64,000 nt of DNA from Octopus vulgaris (GCA_951406725.2 OX597814.1:78740001-78804000); one strand, 5' to 3'; positions 11,753 through 25,627 are shown, counted from the stretch's first letter. Notes: a model not told the origin generated them from the sequence alone. Numbers and translations: made by a program.

Positions 11753-12397
11753 AAAGAGTAAGGATAAAAAAAATCCCACTAATAATAAACTCTTCTACCC
11801 CATAAATTATTTGCAACTATGTAACTTAGGCCTCCTCTTACCACTGCTACTAATCATACCAAAAAAAAAATGAAAGGAATAAAACAAAAGCAAAACAAAA
11901 AGCAACTAATAAAAATGTTTTCGTATTTGTCACAAGGGCAACATTAATCCAAAACATTGTGACACAATACAAAACATTGTTGAATGTACATAAAAATATA
12001 TAATAAAAATATTGCAATTTATGACACACATCCACAAACATACACATTAACATATCTCTCTCTATATATATATGCAGACAATTCATATTCCTGTATACAT
12101 CTATCTATCTATCTATCTATCTATATATATATATATAGTTAGATACATTGACATACATATTTGTGCATTATATTTATACACAGACACATATACATAACTA
12201 GATATAATGACACACACATCTGTGCATTATATCTATATACAGATATATTAGTATATATAAATATACATATGAATGCACACACATTTGCATGAAAATATCT
12301 ATGTACTATGTACACTGAGGAGATGAATAATATATAAAACTTTGTGGGTGTTCCTTTTGTAGTTTCCTGAATACAGAATAGACATGTATACGGACAG

Positions 12398-12444
<47 letters not shown>

Positions 12445-12599
12445 CGCAATCTGGCAGGATCTAATTTTGTTGGCATCTAAGAAGTAAATGGGAAAACTAT
12501 ACACAACCAATTTTCATTGTCATATCTGCAGAACAGTCTTTTAATTTCTTAACAACCATCATTTTGATTGAGAATGACAAAGGGAATTATGAAAGAGTT

Positions 12600-12885
12600 T
12601 GCAAGTCATGTGCTGGGTTCCCACTAGTAGGTGTAAGGGAAATCAGACACTATGATCTAGAGAGAAAAATTGAACTTCTATGGACATGTGATGTGTATAA
12701 AGAAGGATGGAAGCTGGATACAGAATTGTTGAACCCTTCTAGTTGAAGGAACAAGTAGAAGAGAAGCCCCTAAGGGAGACATAAAAAGAGGTAGTGATGG
12801 ATGATATGAGGAGGTTAAACTTCATGAGGGATATGAAAAAGGGCCATAACTAGAGGCAAGGCATTGTGCTAGGCAAGACCAGTAC
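12600..12885 (+). mobile_element. Old RTE-X-like LINE ORF C-terminal fragment
   Basis: RKLNFYGHVMC...LLVEGTSRR...KEVVMDDMRRLN (cf. RRLRWYGHVxR...VEG..GRP..W.EVV..DL). Confidence 0.65.
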
Positions 12886-12894
12886 AACCAACAT

Positions 12895-13058
12895 TTCTTC
12901 GGGCTTTACATTCTGAGTTCAAATGCTGCCAAGTTTGACTTTACTTTTCATCCTTTTTGTGATTGATAAAATAAATACCATTTGAGCACTGGAGCTGATG
13001 TAACTGACAAGCCCCTCCCACTAAAACTTCAGGCCTTGTGCCTATAGTAAAAAGAATT
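12895..13058 (+). mobile_element. SINE family B
   Basis: TTCTGAGTTCAAAT...TTTTCATCCTTT...GATAAAATAAATACC...CAGGCCTTGTGCCTATAGTA plus ATT tail. Confidence 0.8.
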
Positions 13059-13643
13059 ATTGCTGTTGTTTAGTCATATGTAAGCTCTGATCCTGCAGGT
13101 CTCTGATCAAAGATGTTCCTGTCTTGACCCTTCTATACATTTGTATATCTGTGACAACATTATCAATGAGTATTTTTTCCTTCCTCATTGTAAAATGTAA
13201 CCATAAAAAGATTGGGCTACGATATAAAATCATGACATCTAAGATTATAAAAATCTCTGCCATTTATTCTAATTTGACATAAAAGTTTATTTACTATCTT
13301 ACAATCACAGAATTTATTAGCTACACCAGCTCTTAATGATGTTAGAATCAGTTACTTTCATTAAAAACACCAACTGTGATTATCATACAAGTTAGAAGGT
13401 CAATTCTCTTCTGTAACAGCTATGAAGCAAAATACCAAGCCCCTAGACTCAGCTGAAATGAGTGATATTGTTGGATACTTTTTCTTCTTTCTTTCCTTTT
13501 TTTTTTCTTGTTTCATTCATTGCGCTGTAACTATGTTGGGTGCTACAAATTCATTAGAACCCTCCATTTTTAAAAATAAATGTAGATGTTCGTAACTAAA
13601 ATTGAATTCTTTTTGAAATAAAAAAATGGTTTTAACATTATGC

Positions 13644-13843
13644 TTAATCCCTATCTGGCCCAAGCATCCTACCAGTTTTACGCTCAAACTAGTCAGATAT
13701 GTTTTATGTTCAAACATATCCTACAATGTCATTCTAGAATAAACAATCACATCATCAAAATGAGATAATGCATGATTAGTTCAAAACAATGTAAATAAAT
13801 AACCTCTACACTTGACAGAGTAATCTGAATGTTAAAGGGTTAA
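13644..13843 (+). mobile_element. TTAA-flanked piggyBac-like MITE
   Basis: Ends in AAAGGGTTAA; internal GAGATAATGCATGATT is shared with the copies at 38055, 39641 and 42162. Confidence 0.65.
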
Positions 13844-14554
13844 ATAGAGCAACATTGAAATTAAATTTCCCATAATTTCTGTTACAAATGAATATACCCT
13901 TTTTTAAAAATCAAAGATTCTATATCAGTAAGTTTTTTTTTTAACCATTAGAAAATTTCATTCACTCAAACTCCCCACAGGCATTTTTGTTAAACTAACA
14001 TTCACATCATATTTGTTTTCACTTCAATTTCTTTCACCTCAAATTTATGATATAAAAGTATAACCACACAAGCATGGCTAAGTGGATATGAAGTGTGCTG
14101 TGTTACCATTTAGCATTGAGTTCTGTATGAACTGCACTGAAAAACCCTTGACAAGTGTCTTTTACAGTAGCCTCAGGCTGCCCAACACCCTGTGGGTGAA
14201 ACAAACAACTGGAAACAGTATGGAAGCCTGTCACCAATCCTTACCCATTTCGAAGATGATATTGTAATATTTCTTTATGGCCAGGAATGTTTTCATGGAA
14301 GACTATCAATGAAGGATGCTTACATATTAATTCAATGAAAAGTTTGTCCAGTAATTGAACAATTTAAAACTCATCAACTTTCATGACTTTCTCTTCTGTC
14401 ATTTCATTGACACCAATGAAATTAGTTTCAACTTGGAATTGGGAATAGATTGCAGACTTGATTTATCAAGAATTTACCATAATGCACTATGTGAAACACA
14501 AACTCCACACAAACACAAGCACATACACACCCACACAAACACAAACCAAATCAA

Positions 14555-14740
14555 TATGCAGTTGATATGCTAGAAATCATAGCCAAATCTTTATAAGGTC
14601 ACATTCTACAATGAGAAAGGAAAAAAATATACATTGACAGTATTGTCACAGATATATAAATGGATGGAATGGTCAAGGCAAGAACATCTTTGATCATAGA
14701 CCTACAGGATTGGGACTAACATGTGGCAAAACAACAACAA
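14555..14740 (+). mobile_element. Old SINE-like fragment with (AAC)n tail (family G; also 6340-6505 and, reversed, 13060-13140)
   Basis: Shared GCTAGAAAT...GCC...TTTGATCATAG...AAACAACAAC motifs between copies. Confidence 0.5.
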
Positions 14741-14955
14741 TCCTTTTTACTATAGGCACAAAGCCTGATGTTTTGGGGGAAGGGGCTACTCAGTTACATT
14801 GACCCCAGTGCTCAACTGGCACTTATTTTATCAATCCTGAAAGGATGAAACGTAAAGTCAGTCTTGGCAGCATCTGAATTCAGAATGTAAAACCAGAAGA
14901 AATGCTGCTAAGCATTTTGTTCACCATGGTAATGATTCTACCAGCTCACAGCCTT
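14741..14955 (-). mobile_element. SINE family B, full length
   Basis: TCCTTTTTACTATAGGCACA...TGAAAGGATGAAA...TTCTACCAGCTCACAGCC. Confidence 0.85.
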
Positions 14956-15427
14956 TCTAAACAACAATGATAATACACACAGTTTTTGCACTGTTGAAAC
15001 TTAAAACTGTGTGGTCAGTAATCAAGCACTTTAACCTTGTAGCCATCATAATACATTGTGTAGGCTGTAAATGTTGAAGTTAACAGAAAATGATATCCAT
15101 TTATATGTGTCTATCCATCAGTGTCTGTCTATCTGTCTGCTCTTTTCTATCATGTTAAATACATACGCACAAATTTATATATATAAAGAACTTGCAGCAA
15201 TAACTAGTTTGGACTTATTTGTGTAGTTTACGTATTGTTTGTTGCTGTAACAATGAAACTGAGTCTGTTTAATCAGAGGCATTGTTCTAATTCTTTGAAC
15301 CAAAGGAATTTAAGAGATATATTTAACTTCTGTGCAAAAGCCGAGAATATGAATATGTTCATTATTCTATGACGCATGTAATTTGAGTGTGCAATGACCA
15401 GAACTTTAACTATCAGTGACATGGCTG

Positions 15428-15476
<49 letters not shown>

Positions 15477-17329
15477 GTTAACACGGTTATGCAGAAGATG
15501 TGTAAAGATAGGCAAGCATTTTTATAAACAACTAAACCACTCATGCATTACTGATAGACATTATAGTAGTGCAGTGAGTTGGCAGAAAGAGTAGCACAAC
15601 AGACTAAATAAATGCTTTGTGGTATTTAACTTTGCGTCTGTATTCTAAGTTCAAATCCAGCTGAGGTTGGCTGTCTTATCTTCCTGAAAGATCAAGAAAC
15701 AAATATTATTGGCCATGTGCAAAGTTGATGTAAGCAATTATACCTCAGCCATCACCACCATCCCTACAATCAAGGCTGGAAAACTGTCAATGATAACCTC
15801 TGCTTCATCAACACTGACCTGAGCAGTGGCAGTGATAGCAGCAGCAGCAGCAGCAATATCCTCAAGGTATTGCTGTTGTTACTTTTAATAATGGTCAACA
15901 CAAATTTACTAAGAGTACCTACTAAGAGCTAGGTGGACTTAATTATATTTAAGTGTCACAGCTATAGAAACAATGTAGTGCTGATGCAAAGGCATGATCC
16001 ACTAACATCTCATCTGATTGTCTGATATTCTCTTGGTCAATCTGTGGTTGAAAATGTAATACCAGGCATATACACAATTGTGGTCATGTACAAGTGTAAA
16101 AAACAATCATTTATTAACATTAGCATATTGTTCATCTCAGCATAAATTTTTGTTGTTGCATGTGCTGCATTCCTAACAACAATATAAATTCTTCTTAGAT
16201 CTTTCTAAGTAGGCAGGCCTTGTAGGAGAATAACTGCTGAAACAAAGACAAGCCATGCTAGCAATAGCAACCATACTTTGGCACATTTCTTTCTCTTATT
16301 TCATTTATTACAATGAACTGGTATATACAGACAGCAAAGCATGATTATAGACAACAAAATGTTTAAGCCCAAAAGAATGGTTTCCATAAGTCAGAGAGCA
16401 ATTTTTACTGTATTTCTATTAAGTAACACCATACAGAGAGAAGGCTTTATCAGAAATGTAATGCCAGATGGGGTGAAAAGGATGAGTAAGTAGGTAGATA
16501 AAGTGTTTTGCTCACAAACACAAGGAGCCACAAAACATAAATCATTTATTCACATTCTTCTCAGTTGCTTTTCCTGGCGCAAAGAAAGCCGATTCTTTAG
16601 TTGTGTATTTATGTATGAATACATGTGCATGTTTGTGCGTGTGCAAATGATTTATAAGCTGATATGGGGAGGTGAATTTACAACTAACAAACTGACTCTC
16701 TTATTAATCTCCTAACTATCTAGCTGGCTTGCAGCTCCAAATCCTTTGAGCCAGTAAAGTTAGTGAAAAGCTTTATGTGACAGACTGTTGCATGCAACAG
16801 TCACCTCACTCAACTAGACACAACTAAGCAAATGACCTAGAAGGAGATTAGCCACCAACTACATACAATATCTAATTCTTTTCTCAAACATAAATACTCA
16901 TATTGCTACAACAATCAACTCTACAGCACCAGCCAGATGAGAACTAACTTTTCCTTGGGATAGCATGCTAGACTACTACAGAGTAATAACATTTTTAGAA
17001 AGAAAATCTGAAGTCGGTGTGGAAGCCAACAAGCCACAGCACAGAATGTATTTATAATAATGATCTATACTTTCCAGGGTAGGTATGTGGGCTTTGCTAT
17101 TGTGAGTTAAAGAAATTGGGCATTAACATTATGCAATGACATTGATTGAACACAAACTGTTCAGTATTCAGCTGCTGGGCTGATATTATATTCATTCAGA
17201 TATCTAGTTCCTTATTTCTCAACATAAATCATACAGACCAGCACCAAACTTCCCAATAATGATAATGATGTAGACAGTGATGATGATGATGTTGGAAATA
17301 AAGATTTCGTGTATTGGCATTGATTACAA

Positions 17330-19325
17330 ATACAGTTGAAATGCAGTGAGTCAACCAGCTTTACATAACTGATATTCATTTCATTGACTCTGGAAGGATT
17401 TAAATTCAGATAACAACAACAACAATAATAATAATAGTAAATCTTTCTACAATAGACAGCATGTGGCCAGAAACTTGGGTGGGGGCAAGAAGGAGTAGTT
17501 AATTACATCTATGGTACTTTATTTTAGCAATCCTAAAAGGATAAAAGGCAAAGTCAACCTCAATGGAGGAGGATGAGAAAAAAGGAAAAGAACAACAACA
17601 GTAATCCTTTCTACTATATCCCTCCCCTAAATCTTAGGCCTTAAACCTCAGATTTAGGGGAGGGGTGTAGCTAGTTATATCAACTCCAGTACTTGACTTG
17701 AACATTATTTTATCAACCCTTGAAGGATGGTGGAAGATTGGAACTTAGAATGTAAAGGATCTTACTACTACTACTACTACTACTACTGATAATAATGAAC
17801 ATAAATCTCTTCTACTATAAGAACAAGGCCTGAAATTTGGTGGGAGGGAGCTAGTCGAACTGGTACTTATTTCATTGACCTCAAAATGATGGAAAGCAAA
17901 GTTGACCTCAATGGAATTTGAACTCAGAACACAAAGACAAATGGAATGCTGCAAATGAACATATGTATACAGACATATATACATATATTCAAATACTGCT
18001 AAGCATTGTGCCTGGTGCAGTAACGATTCTGCTAGTTTGCCATCTTTAATAATGATGATGATGATGATAATAATAGGCAGTTGCTCTCATGGCTTCTGAT
18101 CTTAACTGATTGGAAGTATTATCATGTACATTGTTTTGTCTTGGTATAAAAGATAGGCTACAGCAAATATTCTGCTCAATACCACAGATTTGCTTGTCAG
18201 TTGTTTGACTTTAACCAGTTGAGTATGTCCCTTGGTGGCTGATGATACGTGCATCTCTGATCATAAGCAGAAGTAGTGGGGGAGCATCATAGCCATGTGT
18301 TGAGAGGAATTCTTTGGGACTTGAATAATTCACCTCTGGAAACATGAGTGTTTTGTTCATCATCCTTAAAGAAACCTTATTCAGGATCTTTTGAGCAGGA
18401 TGAGCTACTTGACCTGAAGAAAATTCTAACTGGGCTTCACCTGCAAGGTCATGCACTGTTTATTTTGATACGAGATCATCATGTTGTACACATATGCTTG
18501 TGATACATGTGCCTGGAGTACCCTTATCAACAGGTAATCATGATGAGAATACTGGGCTTCGTATTTGTAGCCCAGTGTCACTCTGATGGCATGCACTGCT
18601 CTCTCTCAATCAATAATAATAATAACAATAATAATCCTTTCTACTGTAGGCAGAGGGACTGAAATTTTTGAGGAGGAAGCTACTTGATTACATTGACCCA
18701 AGTGCTCAACTGGTACTTTTATCAATGAAAGGCTGAAAGGCAAAATCAACATTGACAGAATTTGAACATAGAATGTAAAGTTGAAAGAAATGATACTAAG
18801 TGACTTGTCTGGTGCAGTAACATTTCTGTCAGCTCACCATCTTACCCAATAACAACAACAGTAATAATAATAATAATGGTTTCAAATTTTGGCAAAAGGC
18901 CGGCAAGTTCAGGGGATGGAGTAAGTCTATTACATTTACCCCAGTGCTCAAATAGTACTTATTTTATCGACTCAGAAAGGATGAAAGGCAAAGTCAACCA
19001 CTGAAGAATTTGAACTTAGAACAAAGACAGATGAAATACTGCTAAGCATTTTGCCTGGCATGCTAATGATTCTGTCAACTTGCCACCTTAACAATAGTAA
19101 TGATAATCCTTTCTACTAAAGGTGCAAGACCTGAAATTTTTTGGAGAGGAAACTAGTTGATGACATTGACCCCAATGTTCACTAGTACTTAATTTATCAC
19201 CCCCGAAAGGATAAATGGCAAAGTCAACCTTGGCGGAATTTGAACTCAGAACATAAAGACAGATGAAATAATGCTAAGCATTTTGCTTTGTGTGCTAACA
19301 ATTCTGCCAGCTTGCCACCTTAACA
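17330..19325 (-). mobile_element. Cluster of about 7 co-oriented family B SINE copies or fragments separated by (AAT)/(AAC) spacers
   Basis: Copies start near 17335, 17440, 17604, 17805, 18634, 18880 and 19106, each with GGTACTT...GAAAGGATGAAAGGCAAAGTC-type cores. Confidence 0.9.
18075..18630 (+). mobile_element. Unclassified ~550-bp non-coding repeat (family E) embedded in (AAT)n
   Basis: Close paralogue at 33962-34352; ends GATGGCATGCACTGCTCTCTCTCAATC(AAT)n. Confidence 0.75.
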
Positions 19326-19899
19326 ATAATAATAATAATTCCTTACATGGACTGACTTCATAACCAATAGCACCAACAGCAGCAATGACAACAACAATCA
19401 TCAAACCCCACAATAACAGCAACAACAAGAAAGAAAAGCAAAACTCTTATTTATTTATATGATTTTGCCAGAAAGGAATGGCAGTTGTGTGAGTTAATCC
19501 ATAACATTTTGCTCCATGCCATTAATTTGATATTGCTGATATGACTGGCTTGAATGGTTAGGAACTGTGAGCCAGCTGGAACATTTGGGGATTAATGGGA
19601 GGATAAGTTCGATAGCTGTGTTCCCCACCACCTCTATCAGCCAATAAATCATAAGTACGTACATACATATGACACCATGTACACACACACACACACACAC
19701 ACATACACACATGCATACACACATGCATGTATACACTTATGCACACATGTATATGTTTATGGAGCACATACATGTGACAATACAACACAATTGCATTCCA
19801 TTACCTTAATAACATCATCAGCTCAAGAGGTAGAAATAAATAAATAAAATAGCAAACTAAAAAATAAAAATAAACCACACATACATTTGTAAAAATGAA

Positions 19900-19992
19900 A
19901 TATATCTATATTCACTGAAATATACACACACACATGTATGCATGTGTATGTATATGTAAGTTTGTATATATATATATGTGTGTGTGCGTTTG

Positions 19993-20024
<32 letters not shown>

Positions 20025-20400
20025 CACACCTGTATTTATACATGTGTAAATGTATATATATATACACACAGGTATATATGAATATATGTATATATGCAAG
20101 TATACATATATTCATTATAGATATGTATATACATATATATACATGTCAACTGCCCACATTAATTTCATACTATATATATATATACACATGCATACAGTTA
20201 TGCATATATATTCATATACATACATATATACATATATATATAAATATACAAGCATATATATACACATATATGTATACATACATTTATGTATGTGTATGTA
20301 TACAAACACATGGAAACGCAGGGACATATACCACAGATGCATACACACAGGCAAACACAACACAAACAAGCATATAGAAATATTAAAAAAAAAAATCCCC
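19900..20400. repeat. Degenerate (TA)/(CA) low-complexity tract
   Basis: Seen directly; similar tracts at 20840-21130, 22495-22640, 23030-23270, 29745-29920, 47140-47495 and 48535-48800. Confidence 0.9.
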
Positions 20401-20982
20401 CACAAAACAGAAATGTATATAGATATTTATATTTTCTGTTCCGAATAATACAGCTACGAACCCAATTACAGTTCCATCAATAGAGAAAAGAGGAGAGAAA
20501 AAAAAAAGAAATAGCAAAAAAATTACTAAAGCAAACAGACCAACAAAATTCTAACCACCCGTACAACATGATAACCAACAACAATAAAAGCATGCCAGAA
20601 TCTTTCTTAATTCTAAATGCTGGTCACAAAAGAAAATATAAAAGGAGGAGGGCCTTGCAACTGATTAATCGACTCAGTCATGATCAATGTCACAAATATT
20701 TATTTTCAAGATTTCCCGCCCAAATAATGTGAAAAAGCTGCGTTGTATAAGCAATAAGAAAAGATATACAGTGATATTACATACAAGCTAGATATGAGGG
20801 ACATTATGGTATTGGACTCTCAGTTATGAAAGAATTATGTGCATATGAGCATATGAATATATATATATATACACACATATATATATAATATATATAAGTA
20901 CACACATGTGCATATATAAATGCACATATGCACACACACACACACGTACATAATCCAATTATGTATGTGCATACATATATAT

Positions 20983-21025
<43 letters not shown>

Positions 21026-21058
21026 TATATACATACACACACACAATTCAGTCATGTA

Positions 21059-21097
<39 letters not shown>

Positions 21098-21129
21098 GAT
21101 GATGATGATGATGTATGTATGTATATATA

Positions 21130-21330
21130 GCATCATCATCATAATTTAACATCAGCTTTCCATGCTGGCATGGGTTAGATGGTTTGACTGGAACTGGTAA
21201 GCCAGAGGGCTGCACCAGGTTCCAATCTGATATGGTAATGTTTCTACAGCTGGATGCACTTCCTAATGCCTACCCCTCCAAGAGTGTTATGAGTACGTCT
21301 TGGGTGCCATTTGCATGACACCAGTAACAA
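21130..21330 (-). mobile_element. RTE-X-type 3' tail (family C)
   Basis: CATCATCAT...TTTCCATGCTGGCATGGGTT...CAGCTGGATGCACTTCCTAATGCC. Confidence 0.8.
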
Positions 21331-21445
21331 CCACAACATACACATAATTCAGTTTTGTATATTTGTATGCATGTGTGTATATATATAAATATATTTAAAT
21401 ATACACATATGCACATGTGCACACATACATATATATATATATATA

Positions 21446-21992
21446 TTGGGCCGTTTCATAAATAGTGCAGTTTTTTATACTTTTTTATTTTTCAAAATTG
21501 AGGTAAACAAAGTCCTTTCTTAATCTAAAATATACTCTCTTGCATTTTCTACAATGCTCTTCTATCTATTTGGTAGACTTGCAAGGCCCCTCTTCCAAAA
21601 TTCACTTGTCTGTGATGAAATATACTCCTCCACCACCCCTCTGATCTCGTCTACAGTGTTTTAAATTTTTCCGTCCAAATGATTTTGAAGACTGCAAAAT
21701 AAATGATAATCAGATGGGGCAATGTCTGGTGAATATGGTGGGAGGTGCATCGTTTCCCATTCAAACTGCTCCAGCTTTTGTAATGTCATCCTCACTGTAT
21801 GTGGCTGAGCATTAGACTTGGAAAGTTTGTGAGGAACCCATTGACTCAATTTGCTGACTTTTCCAATGGCATGCAGGTGTCAAGGAATGGTTGAATGACC
21901 AAATCCAATCTTCTCTGGTAGTTCATCGACACTTACGATGAGATTTTGTTCCACCTGGGTTTGCAGGATGGCCTTGTTGATCGAGCTCTACA
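21446..21992 (-). mobile_element. Truncated, internally deleted mariner transposase fossil
   Basis: ORF 21661-21849 has WVPHKL and HLPPYSPDIAPSDYHLF motifs; TIR-like TATTGGGCCGTTTCATAAATAGTGCAG next to (TA)n. Confidence 0.9.
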
Positions 21993-22107
21993 TGTAGAAA
22001 CCATGCCAAATCAGACTGGAGTCTGGTGCAGCTCTCTAGTTTACCAGCACTGGTCAAACCATCCAACCCATGCCAGCATGAACAACAGATGTTAAATGAT
22101 GATGATA
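21993..22107 (+). mobile_element. RTE-X-type 3' tail (family C)
   Basis: GTAGAAACCATGCCAAATCAGACTGG...GATGTTAAATGATGATG. Confidence 0.8.
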
Positions 22108-22111
22108 TATC

Positions 22112-22495
22112 ATCAACATCATCATTTTACATGCTAGATTAGGGCAGATGGAATTTGTTGAGACAGACTTCTACGATTGGATCCTTTTTATGTCACCAAC
22201 CATCACCTGTTTCAAAGCAAGGTAATAACTTCCCTATGGCCAAATATGTTTTCGCAAGAGATTGGAAATGGAAAGCACCATTTGTATGAGGGTGACACCA
22301 ATTTGTAACACTTCTGCAATGCCAAGATACACACACATACACATGAAATGGGCTTTTTTGAGTTGTCTAGTAAACCTTCTCATAACACTTTGATCAGTGG
22401 GAAGGTACAGTACATTTACCAAAATTGCTGTGCAGTGAGATTGAACCTGTAATTATGTTGCTGGGAAGCATCAGCTTAACCACAAACCCATGCAT
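22112..22495 (-). mobile_element. SINE with family A head and alternative tail F ((GAT)n-ended)
   Basis: A-type head at 22345-22495 joined via (CA)n to a tail also seen at 42800-42908 and 51870-52110 (CACCTGTTTC...AAGGTAAT...ATGGCC). Confidence 0.65.
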
Positions 22496-23358
22496 ATATA
22501 TATATATAATATATATATATATATACATATGTATATACATATATATATATATATGAATATATGTAATATATATGCATGTATATTTGTATGTGTGTGTGTG
22601 AATATATATATATATATATGTATATGTATGCATATACAAGGAAATAAATTTTTACCATAAATATCGTTTCTTTACCATCATTATCTTACTGTTGAACATT
22701 GTACATAAAAACAAAAAAAAATATAATAAAAACTAGACCGTGGTCATAAATATAATAGCAGTGGTAATAATAGAAATGATGACGATGATGATGACGATGG
22801 TGATGGTGGTGATGATGACGACACAAAATCGCATCGATAAAGGTATTTTGATGAAGTTAGTTAGACCTTACTGCAAGCTGCTGCTATGAATACAGAATTG
22901 AGCATAATGGAGATAAAACAGCAAAGCTTTAAAGTTTTGTTTATCTGTTTATTCATTTCGGATACATTCCTTCTGCAATTTATTTACATAGTTTACACAT
23001 GCAGTAAATAAATGAATAAACATAAATATAAATATGAATAATATGTATATATGTATGTATATATATATATATATACATACACACACACACACACACACAC
23101 ACAATATACACATATACAGATATATACACACATATATGTACACATACGTGTATTCACATATATACATATACCCACTTATACATGCATATACACATACATA
23201 TACACATATCTACACATACTCACACACAAACATATATATACATTCACATACACACACACACACACATATGTAACTAATTGGACTTTGGGTATACATCTAT
23301 CAGTATGTCAATTAAAGCACATTCACTGTTTGGGCTACCTGATGTCATCCACATCCAC

Positions 23359-23454
23359 AGTGTCTCTTCTACTATAGACCCATCCCAACCAAAGCCTTGC
23401 AAGAGAATTTGGGAGACGGAAACTAAAGGAAGCCCATTGTTTAAATGTGTGTGC

Positions 23455-23488
<34 letters not shown>

Positions 23489-23670
23489 ACATGTGTTTGG
23501 CAACTGGTGTTGGTTTGTTTATATCCTTGTAGTTTAGTGCTTTGGCAAAAGAGACTGATAGAATATGTACTAAATTTAAATAAAATAAGTGCTGGTCTTC
23601 ATCTGTTCGACTAAACCCTTCAAGGCAGTGCCCAAGTATGGTTGCAGTCCAATGACTGAAACAAGTAAAA
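23359..23670 (+). mobile_element. SINE family A, 5'-truncated
   Basis: TCTACTATAG...CAAAGCCTTG...GCAGTCCAATGACTGAAACAAGTAAAA. Confidence 0.85.
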
Positions 23671-24431
23671 CATAATAGATATATGTTTATGAATTAGTGT
23701 TGCAAGATTCCAAATGTGAAACTGTGTGTTGAAACAGATAATGTTATGTTTTGGGATGGTCATTTATTATTTTTTCTTTTTGCCAAATAAACACATGCAC
23801 TATATATTTGTTCTTCACTCATTTATTATTGTTCTTATTTTATGTTTATTGCCTGAAATCTTTCATCACACATGTGACCTCTTCAGTGACCCTTTCCATC
23901 CACATGTATCCTTCTGCATCACAGGGTCTTAAGAGCAATGGATAAAATACTTTAAGTTATTTAGTCACAATTTTTTATGATTCCGAGTTCAAATCCAATG
24001 AAGGATGATTTTGTACCTGTTAAGCACTGAAATCAATTTAATTAACTGTCCTCCATCCACAAAAAAAAAAAAAAAATCTAGACCTTGTGTCTATGTTAGT
24101 AATCATTATTTTCACTCTGAGATTACTGATTACATATATATAGCAATTAATGTTGTTACATGTTATTTATAATTCATTTCATATGATTTGCAAATCAGTC
24201 CTGTTTTGTGAAGCCAGACAATGTACCACATGTCTGCCTTGCATAATCATACATTAGAATTAATGGCAAACACATGGTTTCATAGAATAATATTATTAAT
24301 ATTAAAACCTGATAATCACTGTAAACCAGTGAACCACTAATTAGCCCACTGGATGTCTCTGTAAGCTCACCATCTAATAAGATAATTGTTTATGCATGCA
24401 TGCACAGAATATCTTTTATTGTTAGTTTTTT

Positions 24432-24805
24432 TTTACTGCTTTCATTCATTGAACTATGTAGCCATGCTGAGAGCTGCTCTGAGCACCACCTTGATAGGGA
24501 TAGTCAAACAGGGTGACCCTGGTATTCATTTTTAAAGTCTGGTACTGGTACTTATGCTATCGGTTTCTTTTGCAAAACCACTAAGTTATGGGGATGTAAA
24601 CAAACCAACACAGGTTTTTGAGCAGTGGTAATGGCAGGGGGTGGGAATGACAAATGCAAAGACATACACATACAAATAGCAAATTCACTCACAAGTTACT
24701 AGTTGACCCAGAGCTATTGTGGAAGACACTTGCTCAAGGTGCTGTGCAGTAGGATTGAACCTGAAACCATGTGGTTGCAAAATGAGCTTTTTAACCACAT
24801 AGCTA
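24432..24805 (-). mobile_element. SINE family A, degenerate
   Basis: CTAAGTTATGGGGATGTAAAC...GAAGACACTTGCTCAAGGTG...AACCACATAGC. Confidence 0.8.
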
Positions 24806-24911
24806 AAATTTTGACAGGAAATTTTTTAGTATATAATGAATATGAGGAAAACAAACATTCATGGTCTCCAAATTTCCAATGTAAATTTTCCTTTTAAACA
24901 TACCTTGCAAT

Positions 24912-25165
24912 GACCAATGTCATATGAGTGAATTTGGTAGATGGAAACTGTGTGGAAGTCTACCATAGATATGTGTGTATATATATATCTTTATGTTTAC
25001 CCTCTTCCCATACCACTTGATATCTAGTGTTGGTTTACTTACATCCCTGTAACTTAGTGTTTCAGTAAAAAGACTGACAGAATAAGTATGAGACTTAAAA
25101 ATCAAGCACTGGGATTGGTTTGTTCAACTGAACACTTCAAGGCAGTGCCCCATAGTCTAATGATC
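24912..25165 (+). mobile_element. SINE family A, 5'-truncated
   Basis: GAGTGAATTTGGTAGATGGAAACTG...CTTCAAGGCAGTGCCCC. Confidence 0.8.
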
Positions 25166-25243
25166 TGTTGTCTGAGGTGGCATGGATAAACTGATACTTC
25201 TAAAACAATGGTGATGATATTTATGATATTGATATATTTAATA

Positions 25244-25625
25244 CTAGCAGTATCGCCCGGCATTGCTCGGGTTTGTAAGGGAAATAACTATATAAGCATT
25301 TTTAGAGATGTAAAGTATAATAGCCATCTCAATATGGCTAACTGTTACTGTAGCCTTTTACGTTCTGAGATTTAATAATACATTTTTAGAGAGTTACATC
25401 CCTTATATAATAGCAAAAAAATGCATTAAAAATGGGAAAAAATTATGGTAAATTTTTTTAAAATCTTAGACGCATTGTAGACGTGCGCTATTACCCAGAA
25501 GGGCTCGATATGAATCCTGACTATAAGATACCCACTTTTGGTTACACTGCACCGCAAAATGTGGGAGTAGTTAGGAATCTAAATCGTAGGAGACAGACAC
25601 ACAACTTCACTTTTATATATAAAGA
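25244..25625 (-). mobile_element. Non-autonomous Helitron
   Basis: Minus strand begins TC, ends with hairpin CCCGAGCAATGCCGGG then CTAG; inserted between A and T with no TSD. Confidence 0.85.
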
Positions 25626-25627
25626 TT

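Noticed and set aside
11534-11805. Poly-Arg/Lys/Ser ORFs resembling protamine-like peptides
   Set aside because: Pure (AAT)n(AAG)n microsatellite, open in several frames.
16800-17270. Possible CRE-type endonuclease remnant
   Set aside because: Peptide resemblance is too weak to support without an alignment.
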